Origin: a virus
Virus record (IMG/VR): IMGVR_UViG_3300009068_000024
Span: 64,001 to 128,000 of that record
DNA length: 64,000 nt
Direction: 5' to 3' (one strand)
Both the position numbers and the translations under genes were made by a program. The notes under the pieces are model-generated. The model saw only the letters and a program-made list of their open reading frames with translations, had not been told where the DNA came from and made no database searches. Shown here in pieces: positions 34,569 to 45,645 of the stretch. How positions within the stretch are numbered: position 1 is the stretch's first letter; every line of letters starts with the position of its first letter.

Positions 34569-37500
34569 ATGGTTGGTGTAAATAAAATCGGTGAAGCCGA
34601 AATTGAAGTAGGAGCCAATACTAAAAAAGCTGATATGCAGCTTGAAGCATTTAGAAGAAGGTTGCAACAAACTGGTCGTGGTTATGACAAACTTTTTAAA
34701 GAAGACATAACTAGGAAATTTTCTGAAAACTTTAGAAAAGGTTTTGAAGTTGGTGTTCTTCGCGGTGTAGAAAAAGGTGAAAATCAATTTTTTCAACTTA
34801 ATCGAGGCATAAACGTTGCTGCTTCATCTTTAAATAAGATTAAAGGTCCTGCTGAAATGGCAGCCGATCGTTTTATGAAACTCCAACGTACCGCACTTAA
34901 AATGCAAGCAGCTTTTGGAACTATAGCCGGAACCATTGGAGATCTAGCTGGAGGTCTTTTATCTGTTGTAGGAGTACTTGGAGCCGCAGCTCCTGCAGCA
35001 GTAGCACTTGGTGGTGCTATGGCATCCGTAGGAGTTGGATTTGTTGGCGTCAAAGTTGCTATGGCAGGTGTCTCGGAGGCCATAACTACGGTTTGGAAAT
35101 CTCAAACTGCCTTAAATGATACTTTCCGTGCTGCTGCCCAAGAATATATTGGGTTAAAGTTTGCCGCTGAAGAAGCTGCACTTTCCCAGGAAGACGCGGC
35201 TTTAAAACTTGAGTCTGCACGTGAAGCGTTAGCTCGTGTTCAAGATCTTCCTCCAGATAACCGACTACGTCGTCAGACAGAACTTGCTTTTAAGCAAGCA
35301 GATTTGCAACTTCGAGAAGCTAAACATAAGAGCGAAGAAGCTTTCAGGGCTGTTAAAAAGGGTATTACAGCTACAAATGCATACCAACCTTTGGCAGCTC
35401 TATCCGATGTACAACTAGAATTTGTAAAGTTTGTAGTTGCTCTTAGACCGCAAATGCAGCAACTTAAAAAAGAAGTTGCTGAAGGGTTTATTCCTAAACT
35501 TACAGAATCTATAAATACTGTTATGAAGTATGGATTCCCTATATTTAAAGAAGGACTTAAAGAAGTTGCATCTGCAATGGGAGATGCAACTAAGACTTTT
35601 GCAAGTGCATTTAAAAATCCTCAAAATCTACAGCAGCTAGCTGGTTTCTTTAAAAGTTCTACTGGAATTATTAAAAGTTTTGGTGGAGCTTTAAAGTCAT
35701 CTTTTGGTATTCTTATTACTCTTCTTCATGCTTCAGAACCTATAACTAAACGTTTCGCTGATTGGGTAGATAAATATCTTGCAAATCTTGATAAAAAAGT
35801 TAAAGTGGGCAGTTTTACTGGCAGCCTTCAGAGAATGTTTGACCTTGCCGGAGATGTTTCTGCAAGGCTTGGAAAAGCATTTAGCACGGTATTTGATGGA
35901 ATAAAAAATATTATTAAAGCAACTTTTCCTAGCGGTCCTAAGAGTGGTGCTGGTGGAGTTTTACTTGATTTTATTGACAGGGTGACTCAGGGATTTGAAA
36001 AATTTACTGGAAGTAAATCATTTGGTACTTGGCTTGAAAGATCTACTAAGGGTGCTGTATCCGCTTTAGAAACTATCGGTAAGTTTTTAGGTATTTTTGT
36101 TGACTTAGCTGGTAGTAAAGATACTAAAGCTTTCTGGGACACTCTACAACTTGCTATTCCTTATGTAAAAACTATACTTGAAAATGGTCAAGCGGTCGGT
36201 GTGCAGATTGCAGGTATTTTAGTTGACATAACAAAGATTTTAGCTGCTTTTGGTGATCAAGGTACGCTTGTCACATTTTTTAACTCTCTTAGAGTAATTT
36301 TTGATGCATTTGCTACTTTTGTAGATTCGCCTATTGTAAAAACAGTAATAGGCTTTCTTGGTCAAATGCATGGACCTCTTCTTGCTATTGCTGGAGTATT
36401 AATTTTAGCTAAAAAAGGTTTTGAGATACTTTTAGGCTATTTAGCTAAATTTGCAAACATAATGGGCTCTGCCACTATGAAAGTTAGGGCTGCTCAGCAG
36501 GCTCATCAGGCTTGGAACCGAGAAATGAAACTTGGCGGACAAGCAGGAGAAACTTTCTGGCAAAAAATTAAGAGAGCTTCTGCAACAGCTAATAACCAAA
36601 AACTTTTGGCAATGGGTAGAGAAGCTGGTTTTGCTAAAGATCGTCTAGCTCAGCTAGAACTTCAAATGATTTCCAACTCTAGAACTGCTACTTTGTTCAA
36701 TGAGCAAACTCAAGAGAGTACTCATTTAATGCAGTTGGATGCTGCTCAAGCTCAGCAATTGGCCGATAGAATCACCGTTCTTGCTCAAAGGCAGGGTATG
36801 GGAGAGGAAGAGCTAAAGCAGTTAAATGCGCAGCTTAAGGCAAATATTGAAGCTACTAAAGGTGCAAGCATATCTAATCAAGCACTGCTTGCTGGAACTG
36901 GATTTGAAAATGGTAAGTACAAAGCCCCATATGTAAATATGAATAGTGCTGGTGCTTATGGTCAACCTATGTATGCTGGTGGAGCTAACCCTAATCTAGT
37001 TCTTACAGGTGGTAAAGCTGGATTCAGAGCTGCTGGATCCGCTGTAAAAGGACTATTTAAAGGCATTGGTGGGGGTGGTATCGCTGGTGGTATAGGTATG
37101 GGTCTTACAGCAGCTAGCGGATTATTTGGTCTTGGTACAGGTCAAATGGGCCCTGTTGGTGCAACCACTCAGGCTCTTGCCGGTGTTGCTTCTATGTTTG
37201 GTCCCGGTGGTATGGTTGTCGGTGGTCTTTTATCAGTTGGTGGAACTATTGTTGATGGAATTATAGCTGCAGAAGCTAAACGTCAACAGAATATTAAAGA
37301 ATTTAAAATTATAACTGCAAACATGTCAGTTGAAAATTTGAATAGTATCAAGTCATTTGGTGCAAAAGCTGCAGCTGCCGGATTTGCTGGAACTACAGCA
37401 CTAGGAACCTTAAGAGCCGGAAGCTTCTCTGAGGCAGCTAGCCAGATGGTTATAGATAATCCAGATATAGGATTAACTAAATCTAAACTACAGCAATCTT

Positions 37501-38762
37501 TGCAAGATTTTGCTATAAGTAATAAGAGGGCTTATCAATTATCTGGAGTTGAGGCTAACCGAACTGCTCTTTTGACTGCAGTTGGAGACCTTAAGAAGAG
37601 TTCTAGTTTAAATGTTCAAGAAATTTCAGGAGCCTTAGGATCTTTATCTTCTATAACTGCTAAGACTCAAAAGGGTGTTTTAGAAGGATTAGTAGGAACC
37701 GGTTTAGTTGGAAAATTAGATATTCCAACTTTAACAAAAGATCTTGCATACAATGAAAAAGGTTTATTAACCTCTGCATCTTTCCAAAAACTTTTAACGG
37801 ACATTTCTAAAATATCCGCCGGTCAACAAATAGAAGTTCCAACTGACAACCCTCCTCTTGGAACTCCTGGACTAAATGATGTGAGAACTAATAAATTTAC
37901 TCCAATATCTGCTACTCAAATTAATCCAAACATATATGACTCTTCAGATTTTAGAGGATATAGCAATGTACAGCTAGCTGCTGCTGGCAAGTTTAAATTA
38001 GCACCTGGTTCGAGAGATATTGCAAAAGAAGCTATTGGAGATTTATTTACTAATAAAAAAGATCTTTTTACAATAAAAGATGGAAAAGTAATCTTTAAAA
38101 ACTTAACTACTCAGAACCAAAGCGCTACTGCTGTTGCTAACTTAGCTGGAGCTCTTACTGGAACTCGTGGAAGCATAACTGCAGAAAATAGAGCATATAA
38201 ACAATACAACAATGTTATTTATTCTCCGGATGATTTAAAAAAACTTCAAAGAACTAATACGGCTCTGTATAACGCAGTAGTACAGAGCCGAACTCAGGTT
38301 GAAACCGGGTATAACGTGGCTGGACAATTCTTCAGTGATGTGTTGCTTCAAAAAGCTCTTAGTAAAATTACGGTTAAAACTGCAGATGGATCTACTGTAA
38401 ATGCTTTTGAAGCTTTAGGATCTGGAGGTTTAAAAACTCTTGGTAAAATTGGAGCTGCGACAACTGCTGGAACAACTGGAAACCCTATTCTCGATGCGGC
38501 AAATGCTAGTGACGCCAAGCAATTAGATACTTTTAAAACAGCCGGTGCTGACATGAAAAGTGGTGCCGCTGAGATAGGTAAAGCTGCCGCTAAATTTGAA
38601 GGCTATGGCGATCTTATTAAAGACAATACAAATAGAGCTATTGCTTTTGCTGTAGTAGCCAGCTCTACTCAAGGAAAGTCAGCTTTAAACTCTGGAAATG
38701 TGGATAAAATTAATAACTTGATAAATATGGAATTGAAGAAACTAGGATTGAGTACCGAATAA
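34569..38762 (+). CDS. Tape measure protein
   Basis: 1397 aa, Ala/Gly-rich helical and coiled-coil with hydrophobic stretches; AGGAGG RBS; follows the chaperones. Confidence 0.85.
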   Translation: MVGVNKIGEAEIEVGANTKKADMQLEAFRRRLQQTGRGYDKLFKEDITRKFSENFRKGFEVGVLRGVEKGENQFFQLNRGINVAASSLNKIKGPAEMAADRFMKLQRTALKMQAAFGTIAGTIGDLAGGLLSVVGVLGAAAPAAVALGGAMASVGVGFVGVKVAMAGVSEAITTVWKSQTALNDTFRAAAQEYIGLKFAAEEAALSQEDAALKLESAREALARVQDLPPDNRLRRQTELAFKQADLQLREAKHKSEEAFRAVKKGITATNAYQPLAALSDVQLEFVKFVVALRPQMQQLKKEVAEGFIPKLTESINTVMKYGFPIFKEGLKEVASAMGDATKTFASAFKNPQNLQQLAGFFKSSTGIIKSFGGALKSSFGILITLLHASEPITKRFADWVDKYLANLDKKVKVGSFTGSLQRMFDLAGDVSARLGKAFSTVFDGIKNIIKATFPSGPKSGAGGVLLDFIDRVTQGFEKFTGSKSFGTWLERSTKGAVSALETIGKFLGIFVDLAGSKDTKAFWDTLQLAIPYVKTILENGQAVGVQIAGILVDITKILAAFGDQGTLVTFFNSLRVIFDAFATFVDSPIVKTVIGFLGQMHGPLLAIAGVLILAKKGFEILLGYLAKFANIMGSATMKVRAAQQAHQAWNREMKLGGQAGETFWQKIKRASATANNQKLLAMGREAGFAKDRLAQLELQMISNSRTATLFNEQTQESTHLMQLDAAQAQQLADRITVLAQRQGMGEEELKQLNAQLKANIEATKGASISNQALLAGTGFENGKYKAPYVNMNSAGAYGQPMYAGGANPNLVLTGGKAGFRAAGSAVKGLFKGIGGGGIAGGIGMGLTAASGLFGLGTGQMGPVGATTQALAGVASMFGPGGMVVGGLLSVGGTIVDGIIAAEAKRQQNIKEFKIITANMSVENLNSIKSFGAKAAAAGFAGTTALGTLRAGSFSEAASQMVIDNPDIGLTKSKLQQSLQDFAISNKRAYQLSGVEANRTALLTAVGDLKKSSSLNVQEISGALGSLSSITAKTQKGVLEGLVGTGLVGKLDIPTLTKDLAYNEKGLLTSASFQKLLTDISKISAGQQIEVPTDNPPLGTPGLNDVRTNKFTPISATQINPNIYDSSDFRGYSNVQLAAAGKFKLAPGSRDIAKEAIGDLFTNKKDLFTIKDGKVIFKNLTTQNQSATAVANLAGALTGTRGSITAENRAYKQYNNVIYSPDDLKKLQRTNTALYNAVVQSRTQVETGYNVAGQFFSDVLLQKALSKITVKTADGSTVNAFEALGSGGLKTLGKIGAATTAGTTGNPILDAANASDAKQLDTFKTAGADMKSGAAEIGKAAAKFEGYGDLIKDNTNRAIAFAVVASSTQGKSALNSGNVDKINNLINMELKKLGLSTE

Positions 38763-40720
38763 TGGCACGTACAAACTTAATCACTAATGCTTCATTTAGA
38801 ACGGCTTCTACCGGAACTACCGGCTGGTCAGCCTTATCTACTGCATCTATCGTAAGAGCCACTACCGGTGGGTTTATTGGGGAATCTTGCTTACAGGTTT
38901 ACAGCGTAACGTCTACGTCAACTGGTGTAGTTCTTACCGACTACATAACTATAGATGAGTCGAAAGATTACTCTATATCTGCATATTTGAAAATAGCTTC
39001 TACAGCTGTAGCCGGATCTATAACAATGACTATTACTTGGTACAACTCTAGTAGCTCGTCTGTCTTATCTTCAACCGCGACTTTAGCTGTTCCAGCTGAC
39101 GGTGCTTGGTATAGAATCGGTGAAACAGTTCTTGCTGCAACTATCCCCGCTACTGCTGTAAAAGCTAAAGTTCAGTTTACCCCTACAACGTCTAGCACAA
39201 TAACTAGCTTTAGCCTAGATGCTATTCTTTTTGAGCAAGATTCATATATTGAAGAATTTTATGAAGACTTTGATCAAGTTCCAAGCACCATTCAAAGTCA
39301 GGTAGAAACTAAAGATTCTACAATTCTTGCTGCATCTAAACAAGCACTTGAAAATAATATTGTCAATGCAGCTCTACGTAAGATGCCTACTCCGTATATT
39401 AGCGGACTTAAGCTGAATGCGGACATCAACATCAACGGGCTTGTGCTTAACACGATAGATGAAAATAACGTTGTTTGGGTTTGCACCGATATTAAAGGTT
39501 GGTGGACTCTTCCTGATACTGACGTTCCAGATATTGCACGTGGTTTAGACGATGGTTCATATGACGTTCGTGGACGTTGGAAAGCTAGGGTTATAACTCT
39601 TGAAGGATCTATTCTTCCCCCGCATCCAAACTATATAGCTGCTGCAAGATCTAAACTAATTTCTGCTCTTTCTTCCTTGGTTTACTTAGGAGGTACCTTG
39701 TCTGTAGATGAAGGACCTGTAAAAGTAGCCAAAGTATTTATGATCGGCCAGCCAACAATGGATGTTAAAAATGCTCGTGGACGTATAGATTTCAGTGTTC
39801 AACTTCGTGCTGGTGATCCTGTTAAATATGAATGGAACTATGAGGCGACTGATGGTTACTACTCAGCTACACCTTTTCCATATAAAGTTTCTGGGTCTAT
39901 ATCAAACGTCTCCCAGGGAGCTGGAATTCGTAGGTATTACGCAACTAATACTTTTGTTGTGGGTGAGTACGTAACTATTTCAGGAGTGAGTCCATCAGGA
40001 TATAATACAACTTCCACTTCTCCAGTAGCTATTACTAACGTAGATCCAAGTGGTGCTTGGTTTGAAACAGCCGGTACTTCAGCTGGAGCATTTTCAAGCT
40101 CTGCCGGAACTGCAAAGCTAGCTTATTCATCTACATCTATTACCAACAGTGGAAATACGTCTGTTCCGACTATTGTAACTATTACTGGACCGATGTCTAG
40201 TGGAAGTTATATAAACAATCTTACTAATTCAACTTCTATAAAATTAGTTAAACAGTTAAGACCGGCAGGTTATTCTGTGCCTATTGGCTATGTATCTAGA
40301 TTTAGCAATGTGGCAACTTTAACTACCTCAAACTCAACTGGTCACGGGTTATTTGTAGGAGATACTGTCACCATTTCTATTAGCGGTTACGGATCTTTTA
40401 ATGATAATCCAGCAACTGTTACTTCAGTTACTACAAATACTTTTACATACGCATCGTCCGGTGCTGATTTGTCGGCTACCAGTGTGTCTAGCTCTACGGC
40501 TACTCTATTAAATGCTGATACTGCTGTAATTGATACTTACAATCAAACTGTAAAATATCGCGGAATAGCTGACGCTGGACGTTCTATTTTAGATGCAAAT
40601 ATAGATTGGTTAAGGCTAGTTCCAGGAACTAATACAATTCGAGTTCAAACGCAGGATACTTCGGTATCAGATACGACTACAAAAGTGGTTGTCCAATACC
40701 GTTCCGGCTGGATCGGTTAG
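38762..40720 (+). CDS. Minor tail protein (distal-tail-like) with N-terminal carbohydrate-binding-like module
   Basis: TAATG overlap with the tape measure gene; NLITNASF...GW N-terminus; GWWTLPD...RGLDDGSY...LRAGDPVKY; ends WLRLVPGTN...YRSGWIG. Confidence 0.7.
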   Translation: MARTNLITNASFRTASTGTTGWSALSTASIVRATTGGFIGESCLQVYSVTSTSTGVVLTDYITIDESKDYSISAYLKIASTAVAGSITMTITWYNSSSSSVLSSTATLAVPADGAWYRIGETVLAATIPATAVKAKVQFTPTTSSTITSFSLDAILFEQDSYIEEFYEDFDQVPSTIQSQVETKDSTILAASKQALENNIVNAALRKMPTPYISGLKLNADININGLVLNTIDENNVVWVCTDIKGWWTLPDTDVPDIARGLDDGSYDVRGRWKARVITLEGSILPPHPNYIAAARSKLISALSSLVYLGGTLSVDEGPVKVAKVFMIGQPTMDVKNARGRIDFSVQLRAGDPVKYEWNYEATDGYYSATPFPYKVSGSISNVSQGAGIRRYYATNTFVVGEYVTISGVSPSGYNTTSTSPVAITNVDPSGAWFETAGTSAGAFSSSAGTAKLAYSSTSITNSGNTSVPTIVTITGPMSSGSYINNLTNSTSIKLVKQLRPAGYSVPIGYVSRFSNVATLTTSNSTGHGLFVGDTVTISISGYGSFNDNPATVTSVTTNTFTYASSGADLSATSVSSSTATLLNADTAVIDTYNQTVKYRGIADAGRSILDANIDWLRLVPGTNTIRVQTQDTSVSDTTTKVVVQYRSGWIG

Positions 40721-40752
40721 AATAGATACAACGACAATTACGTGAGGTCTAG

Positions 40753-43700
40753 ATGACAGAAGCATATCCAATAGGTACGTCTGCTACAGCAGCTAAGTAC
40801 ACCTACTATGCCGTTGATATTGTGTCTAATAAAATTCTTGCTCAGATCCCTTTTGAAGACGTTATTTATGAAAGAACTTTAAAAGGTTCAGGAAGTTTTG
40901 ATGGAAAGATTTCTATCAATAAACAGACTAAAGATCTTGATCTATACAACTCTTTGCTTCCAGGAAAATCTGCTCTTTACGTTGTTCGTAATGGCGTTTG
41001 TATGTGGGGCGGTATTATTTGGGGTAGAACCTATGATCTTTTTGGAAGGTCTCTAAACGTCACTGCTTCGGAGTTTACTAGCTATTTAAAGCATCGTATT
41101 ATATGGAAAACATATTCTTATCAATTTACGGCTAATGTATTTAAACAAACAAAAGATCTTCCAGCTATAGTTTCTTTGCAAAATACTAGCAATATAAACT
41201 TAAAAATTCCTATTAAAGTTTTAGATGACTATGGAAATTTAAACACCGTTTACGTTAGCTTTACTAGATCTGATTTGATTCAATACAACGGATACTATCC
41301 GCTGTCTTCTTCTACTACCCCAACAACAACTAAATTTGCCATAACTATTCCAAATATTCCGTCTGGAACTTATACAGACGTGAGTATTTCTGTACGAGTT
41401 GATACCTACGAATATCTAAAAGAGTTGATGAAGGAGGCTGCTCAAGACTTTATTGACACTCAATTTGCTAATGAGATTATTACTCCAGGAGTTAAGATTC
41501 CATATGAAATTACTAATAAAGTTGCTAGTGGGGGGGTTGTAACCCTAACTACGTCTACTAACCATGATTTGGTGCCGGGTCAAAACGTAGAGATACGAAA
41601 TGTAGACGAGAGCGTAGATGGTAATCGTTTAATTTTTGATACTCCTAGCAGTAATACTTTTAGTGTAACTGTTCCTGCCTACAATATAACTAAAGTATCT
41701 GCTAGTGCAACTACTGCAACTGTAGTTGTTGACGTAGTAGACACAAATGACTTATTTAAATTAAGATCTGGCAGTAAAGTGACTATCACCGGTGTTCCAA
41801 CTTTTAATGGATATAATTATTTTAATTTTTCAAATGTTAAAATACTTAGCGTAACTAACAATAATACATTTACTTATGCAATAACTAATCCTCGTGGATC
41901 TGTTACTATCACAAATGCCACATCAACTTCTTCTTTAATCACATACACTGGAACAAATACTTTTTCTGTAGGAGATTATGTAACTGTAAAAAATGCAAAT
42001 AAGGATAAATTAAACGTAATAAATAGCATTGTAACGTTTGCAAACGGAACTACATTTAAAGTGGCTAATCCTTATGGATCGGTTATTGCCGGTGGGTATA
42101 AATCAAACTCAGCTACTGCTTACGCGGGAGTGAACACTGCTTCAGGATCTCCAGGAGTTGTTTCTCAGGTAGCTATTCCATCTACTAATATATACACCAA
42201 TAAATATGAAGTAGCTACTAGGGCTTTAAAAACTACTAAACCATATGGCGTGACTTCGGCTAAGAGATCTTATAATGCTGATAAAAGTCTTTTCATAGTC
42301 ACTCTTCAATTATCTTTAAGTAAGAGTAGAACTTTTCCTTTTGTTAAAGGAGATACTATAACCACTAGCCTTGCCGGTGACACTAAAAAAGATGTTAATG
42401 ATAATTATATGTACACTGCTTTAACAAATGGAGATGGAGGAGGAGTTGTTCTCACATCCGTGGATGCCGCTAAAAAAACTGTTTCATATGAGCTTACTGG
42501 GGTGTCTACTACAAAAGAAGATGGTACCACTTATCTAGCAGAGCAAACGACTTTTACTACGCTAGCTGGTACAAATACCATAAATTATGCAAATGCAATA
42601 ACTGAAGTAGAACTAGGTATCTCGGAGGAAACTCCTCTTAGAACTGATATGTATGTGTATGTTACTGGTGTAGACGGAGCTGGTTGGAGCCAACCACTTT
42701 ATAACGGATTCCATAAAGTAAGTGCTGTCTCTAATACCGATCCTGATACCAACGTAGTTAGTACAAAAATTACTCACTACTCTACACTTGCCGGAATAGC
42801 TACTTTATACACTAGTAAAAACAACAGCTTTGTCAATGACAATATGCTTACTGTAGCCGGATTCACTGGCTCACTTACTTTTTTAAATGGTTCATTTAAA
42901 ATAATTGATTCAATACAAGGACCTTTAGATCGTTCAAGTTATGTTACTTACTCCATAGATGACAATATTACTAGGGCTAAAACAGCAACAGCCGCTGGTG
43001 TAACGGGTAGGGTTAAGGGTCAAAATATATTTAGATATGATCTTCCAGAATACGGACCCATGGGTGAGCCAGATGGGGCATACACTGTAACGGAGTACAA
43101 AGTGTATGGTTATGCTGACGATGCAACTGATAAAAGATCTACAGTAAGAATAAAAACCCAGGTTCCGGTTAAATTTAACGTTGGAGATTCTGTATATGTA
43201 GCTATTGGAGTTGCTGCTGCTGATGGTACTCACAAGGTTGCAACTATTTCTCCAACAAGAGACTCGTTTACCTATAGAGCTTTAGCAATTAATTCAGCTA
43301 AGTATGCAGCTGGAGATGAAAAATATAAAACTACTAGTGGAACGGTTACAAGAACTAGTGCTCAGTTAGATCAACAAAGTTTAAAATACATGATAACTAT
43401 TTCTGGCGTAAGCTGTGAAAACAATGTGGTTACAGTTAGAAAAGATAATCATCAATTCAGTGTTGAAGACTCTATTGATTTAGTGTTTCCTACAGCTTTT
43501 CAAGATTACGACAACAATGGATATAAAGCCACTATTCAATCTGTAGACAATAATAGTTTTACTTATACTCTTACTAATTTTAGAACTGGAGTAACTACTG
43601 CACCAACATCAGGAGTTGCTCAGATATCTAAATATCAGTTTACAAAAAATACTTCAAATAAAAAATCTGGAACTATAAGATTTACAACAGTTGCTGAGCA

Positions 43701-45645
43701 TTACTATATGGTTGGGTCTAAAGTTACTGTTACAAAAATTAACAGACTTGATGCCGGTAATGTTTTTGCTAAAAGTCTTGCGTGGAGCAATGTTTACACT
43801 ATTACTGAAGTTAGCAATCCAGGTTCAACTGTTAAATGGTTTGAAGTTTATGTTGAAGGTCTAACTAATGCATCAACCATAGAGGTGCAAACTTTGAGCA
43901 GCCCGAACTATGGTAAGGCAGTTTCTACTGCAATGCTGGTTTCAGATGCTAAAGCTCTTACTTCTGGATCTGCAACTACGACTCAACTAACTTACAATGG
44001 AACTAGCTTACCTTTTTCTACAGGACAAATGCTTACCGTTGTTGGATTTACCGGGGGAAACGCTGCTAGATTAAATGACAAAGGTAAAATAAGTGTTGCA
44101 TCAAATAGTCAAGTAAAAGTTGATATAGACGGGGCAACCGCATCCAGCACTTCAACCGGGGCTCCATTTGCTTACGTTAGATTGTATGCATCTGCTTATC
44201 TAGACTATTCTCAATCAATTACCGCTCAGACTGTTTACGGTATTTCTGCTGTTTCTGGTACAAAAACTATCACTCTATACTCTCCAGGGCATGGTTTTTC
44301 TAATCAAGATTTAATAAAACTTGTACTTCCAGGTACAGCATACTCCAAATATTATCCAACTGACAGTTCCCCCGTTTTAATTACAAAAATAGATGCTGAT
44401 ACTTTTAGTTATACAGTAGCTAACGCTATCTCTAGCATTCCTACATCTGGAACTATTACAAATATTACTTTTCCAACTTCCGGAACTGTAAGATTTACGG
44501 CTACCAATAGTTTTTCTACAAATGATAGAATAACTATAAAAGGTGTACTCCCTGCAGTTTATAATTTAAATGCTGCAACTGTAACTGCTAGAACTAATAG
44601 TTATTTTGAGATCTCAAGTGCAGAAACTTCTGCTTACGTAGCTTCAAGCGGTATTGCTATGCAAGCTTTGAGTCCTAACGGTACAGCAATAAATGCTCCT
44701 TATGTATCTATAACCCCAGTTGTATTTTCTAGAAGCTATGGAGAGTTTCCCAACAATGCAAATATTGGTGGATTAGATTTTGATGGCACTACTTATACCG
44801 GTAATTTCTACCCAAACACCATTGTTCGTGGTAGCGATATGGTCACTCTTGATGCTCATATGGAGCAGTACAGCAACTCAGTAAATGGCTTTAATTATCG
44901 AATAGATTGTACTTTAGATGCTTCAAGCGGTGTAAGTACTTTTAAACGTAAATTTGTTTTAATACCTATAACTCCTGTAACACTTAAAGAGTATTTAGCT
45001 ACAAAAGCAAACGGCGTTCTTCCTAGAGGTGAAGTTGCTCCTCCTTATGCTTTTGGTGCGGACAAGATCACATTTGAGCATCCTGGCAACGTAAAAAATG
45101 TTAGCTTCAGTGAGAGTGCTGAAAACGCTGCTACAAGAATGTTTGTTTCCGGTAATAATGGTGCCGGAGATCCAAACTCTATGGCGCGATTTTCTGGAGC
45201 CGCGGATGGTGGTCTTCTTGAGGCTGGCTGGCCTATCCTAGATAGAGCTGAAAAAATTGACTGGCCTACTCAATATAATCCTTTAGTTATAACTGTTAAT
45301 AAAGATAACTGGGGTAACTACGATGCTGAGGCAGATTTCTATTTAACAGCTAAAAGATTCTTATATCAATCTAGACCTCCTCAGGGTGACTTTATAATTA
45401 GAGTTAATGGATCTTTGCCTCCAGTTATTGGTACATATAATCCCGGAGACTGGTGTCAATTAATAGTTGATGATGAGGCTGGATTCATTAATAGTAGATT
45501 AGCTAGCGTACTAGAACCTAGAAAAGATGTCATTCTTAGAAGGATTGACAACATCAAGGTTTCAGTTCCAAATAGCCCTGCATTCCCAGAAGAAATTGAT
45601 TTGACCCTAGTTACAGACTGGGAGGTGGATAAAGTTGGCATATAG
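40753..45645 (+). CDS. Large minor tail/baseplate-hub protein with many inserted beta-rich modules
   Basis: N-terminal LYVVRNGVCMWGGIIW and C-terminal YNPGDWC hub-like halves flank about 1100 aa of Thr/Ser-rich modules. Confidence 0.7.
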   Translation: MTEAYPIGTSATAAKYTYYAVDIVSNKILAQIPFEDVIYERTLKGSGSFDGKISINKQTKDLDLYNSLLPGKSALYVVRNGVCMWGGIIWGRTYDLFGRSLNVTASEFTSYLKHRIIWKTYSYQFTANVFKQTKDLPAIVSLQNTSNINLKIPIKVLDDYGNLNTVYVSFTRSDLIQYNGYYPLSSSTTPTTTKFAITIPNIPSGTYTDVSISVRVDTYEYLKELMKEAAQDFIDTQFANEIITPGVKIPYEITNKVASGGVVTLTTSTNHDLVPGQNVEIRNVDESVDGNRLIFDTPSSNTFSVTVPAYNITKVSASATTATVVVDVVDTNDLFKLRSGSKVTITGVPTFNGYNYFNFSNVKILSVTNNNTFTYAITNPRGSVTITNATSTSSLITYTGTNTFSVGDYVTVKNANKDKLNVINSIVTFANGTTFKVANPYGSVIAGGYKSNSATAYAGVNTASGSPGVVSQVAIPSTNIYTNKYEVATRALKTTKPYGVTSAKRSYNADKSLFIVTLQLSLSKSRTFPFVKGDTITTSLAGDTKKDVNDNYMYTALTNGDGGGVVLTSVDAAKKTVSYELTGVSTTKEDGTTYLAEQTTFTTLAGTNTINYANAITEVELGISEETPLRTDMYVYVTGVDGAGWSQPLYNGFHKVSAVSNTDPDTNVVSTKITHYSTLAGIATLYTSKNNSFVNDNMLTVAGFTGSLTFLNGSFKIIDSIQGPLDRSSYVTYSIDDNITRAKTATAAGVTGRVKGQNIFRYDLPEYGPMGEPDGAYTVTEYKVYGYADDATDKRSTVRIKTQVPVKFNVGDSVYVAIGVAAADGTHKVATISPTRDSFTYRALAINSAKYAAGDEKYKTTSGTVTRTSAQLDQQSLKYMITISGVSCENNVVTVRKDNHQFSVEDSIDLVFPTAFQDYDNNGYKATIQSVDNNSFTYTLTNFRTGVTTAPTSGVAQISKYQFTKNTSNKKSGTIRFTTVAEHYYMVGSKVTVTKINRLDAGNVFAKSLAWSNVYTITEVSNPGSTVKWFEVYVEGLTNASTIEVQTLSSPNYGKAVSTAMLVSDAKALTSGSATTTQLTYNGTSLPFSTGQMLTVVGFTGGNAARLNDKGKISVASNSQVKVDIDGATASSTSTGAPFAYVRLYASAYLDYSQSITAQTVYGISAVSGTKTITLYSPGHGFSNQDLIKLVLPGTAYSKYYPTDSSPVLITKIDADTFSYTVANAISSIPTSGTITNITFPTSGTVRFTATNSFSTNDRITIKGVLPAVYNLNAATVTARTNSYFEISSAETSAYVASSGIAMQALSPNGTAINAPYVSITPVVFSRSYGEFPNNANIGGLDFDGTTYTGNFYPNTIVRGSDMVTLDAHMEQYSNSVNGFNYRIDCTLDASSGVSTFKRKFVLIPITPVTLKEYLATKANGVLPRGEVAPPYAFGADKITFEHPGNVKNVSFSESAENAATRMFVSGNNGAGDPNSMARFSGAADGGLLEAGWPILDRAEKIDWPTQYNPLVITVNKDNWGNYDAEADFYLTAKRFLYQSRPPQGDFIIRVNGSLPPVIGTYNPGDWCQLIVDDEAGFINSRLASVLEPRKDVILRRIDNIKVSVPNSPAFPEEIDLTLVTDWEVDKVGI

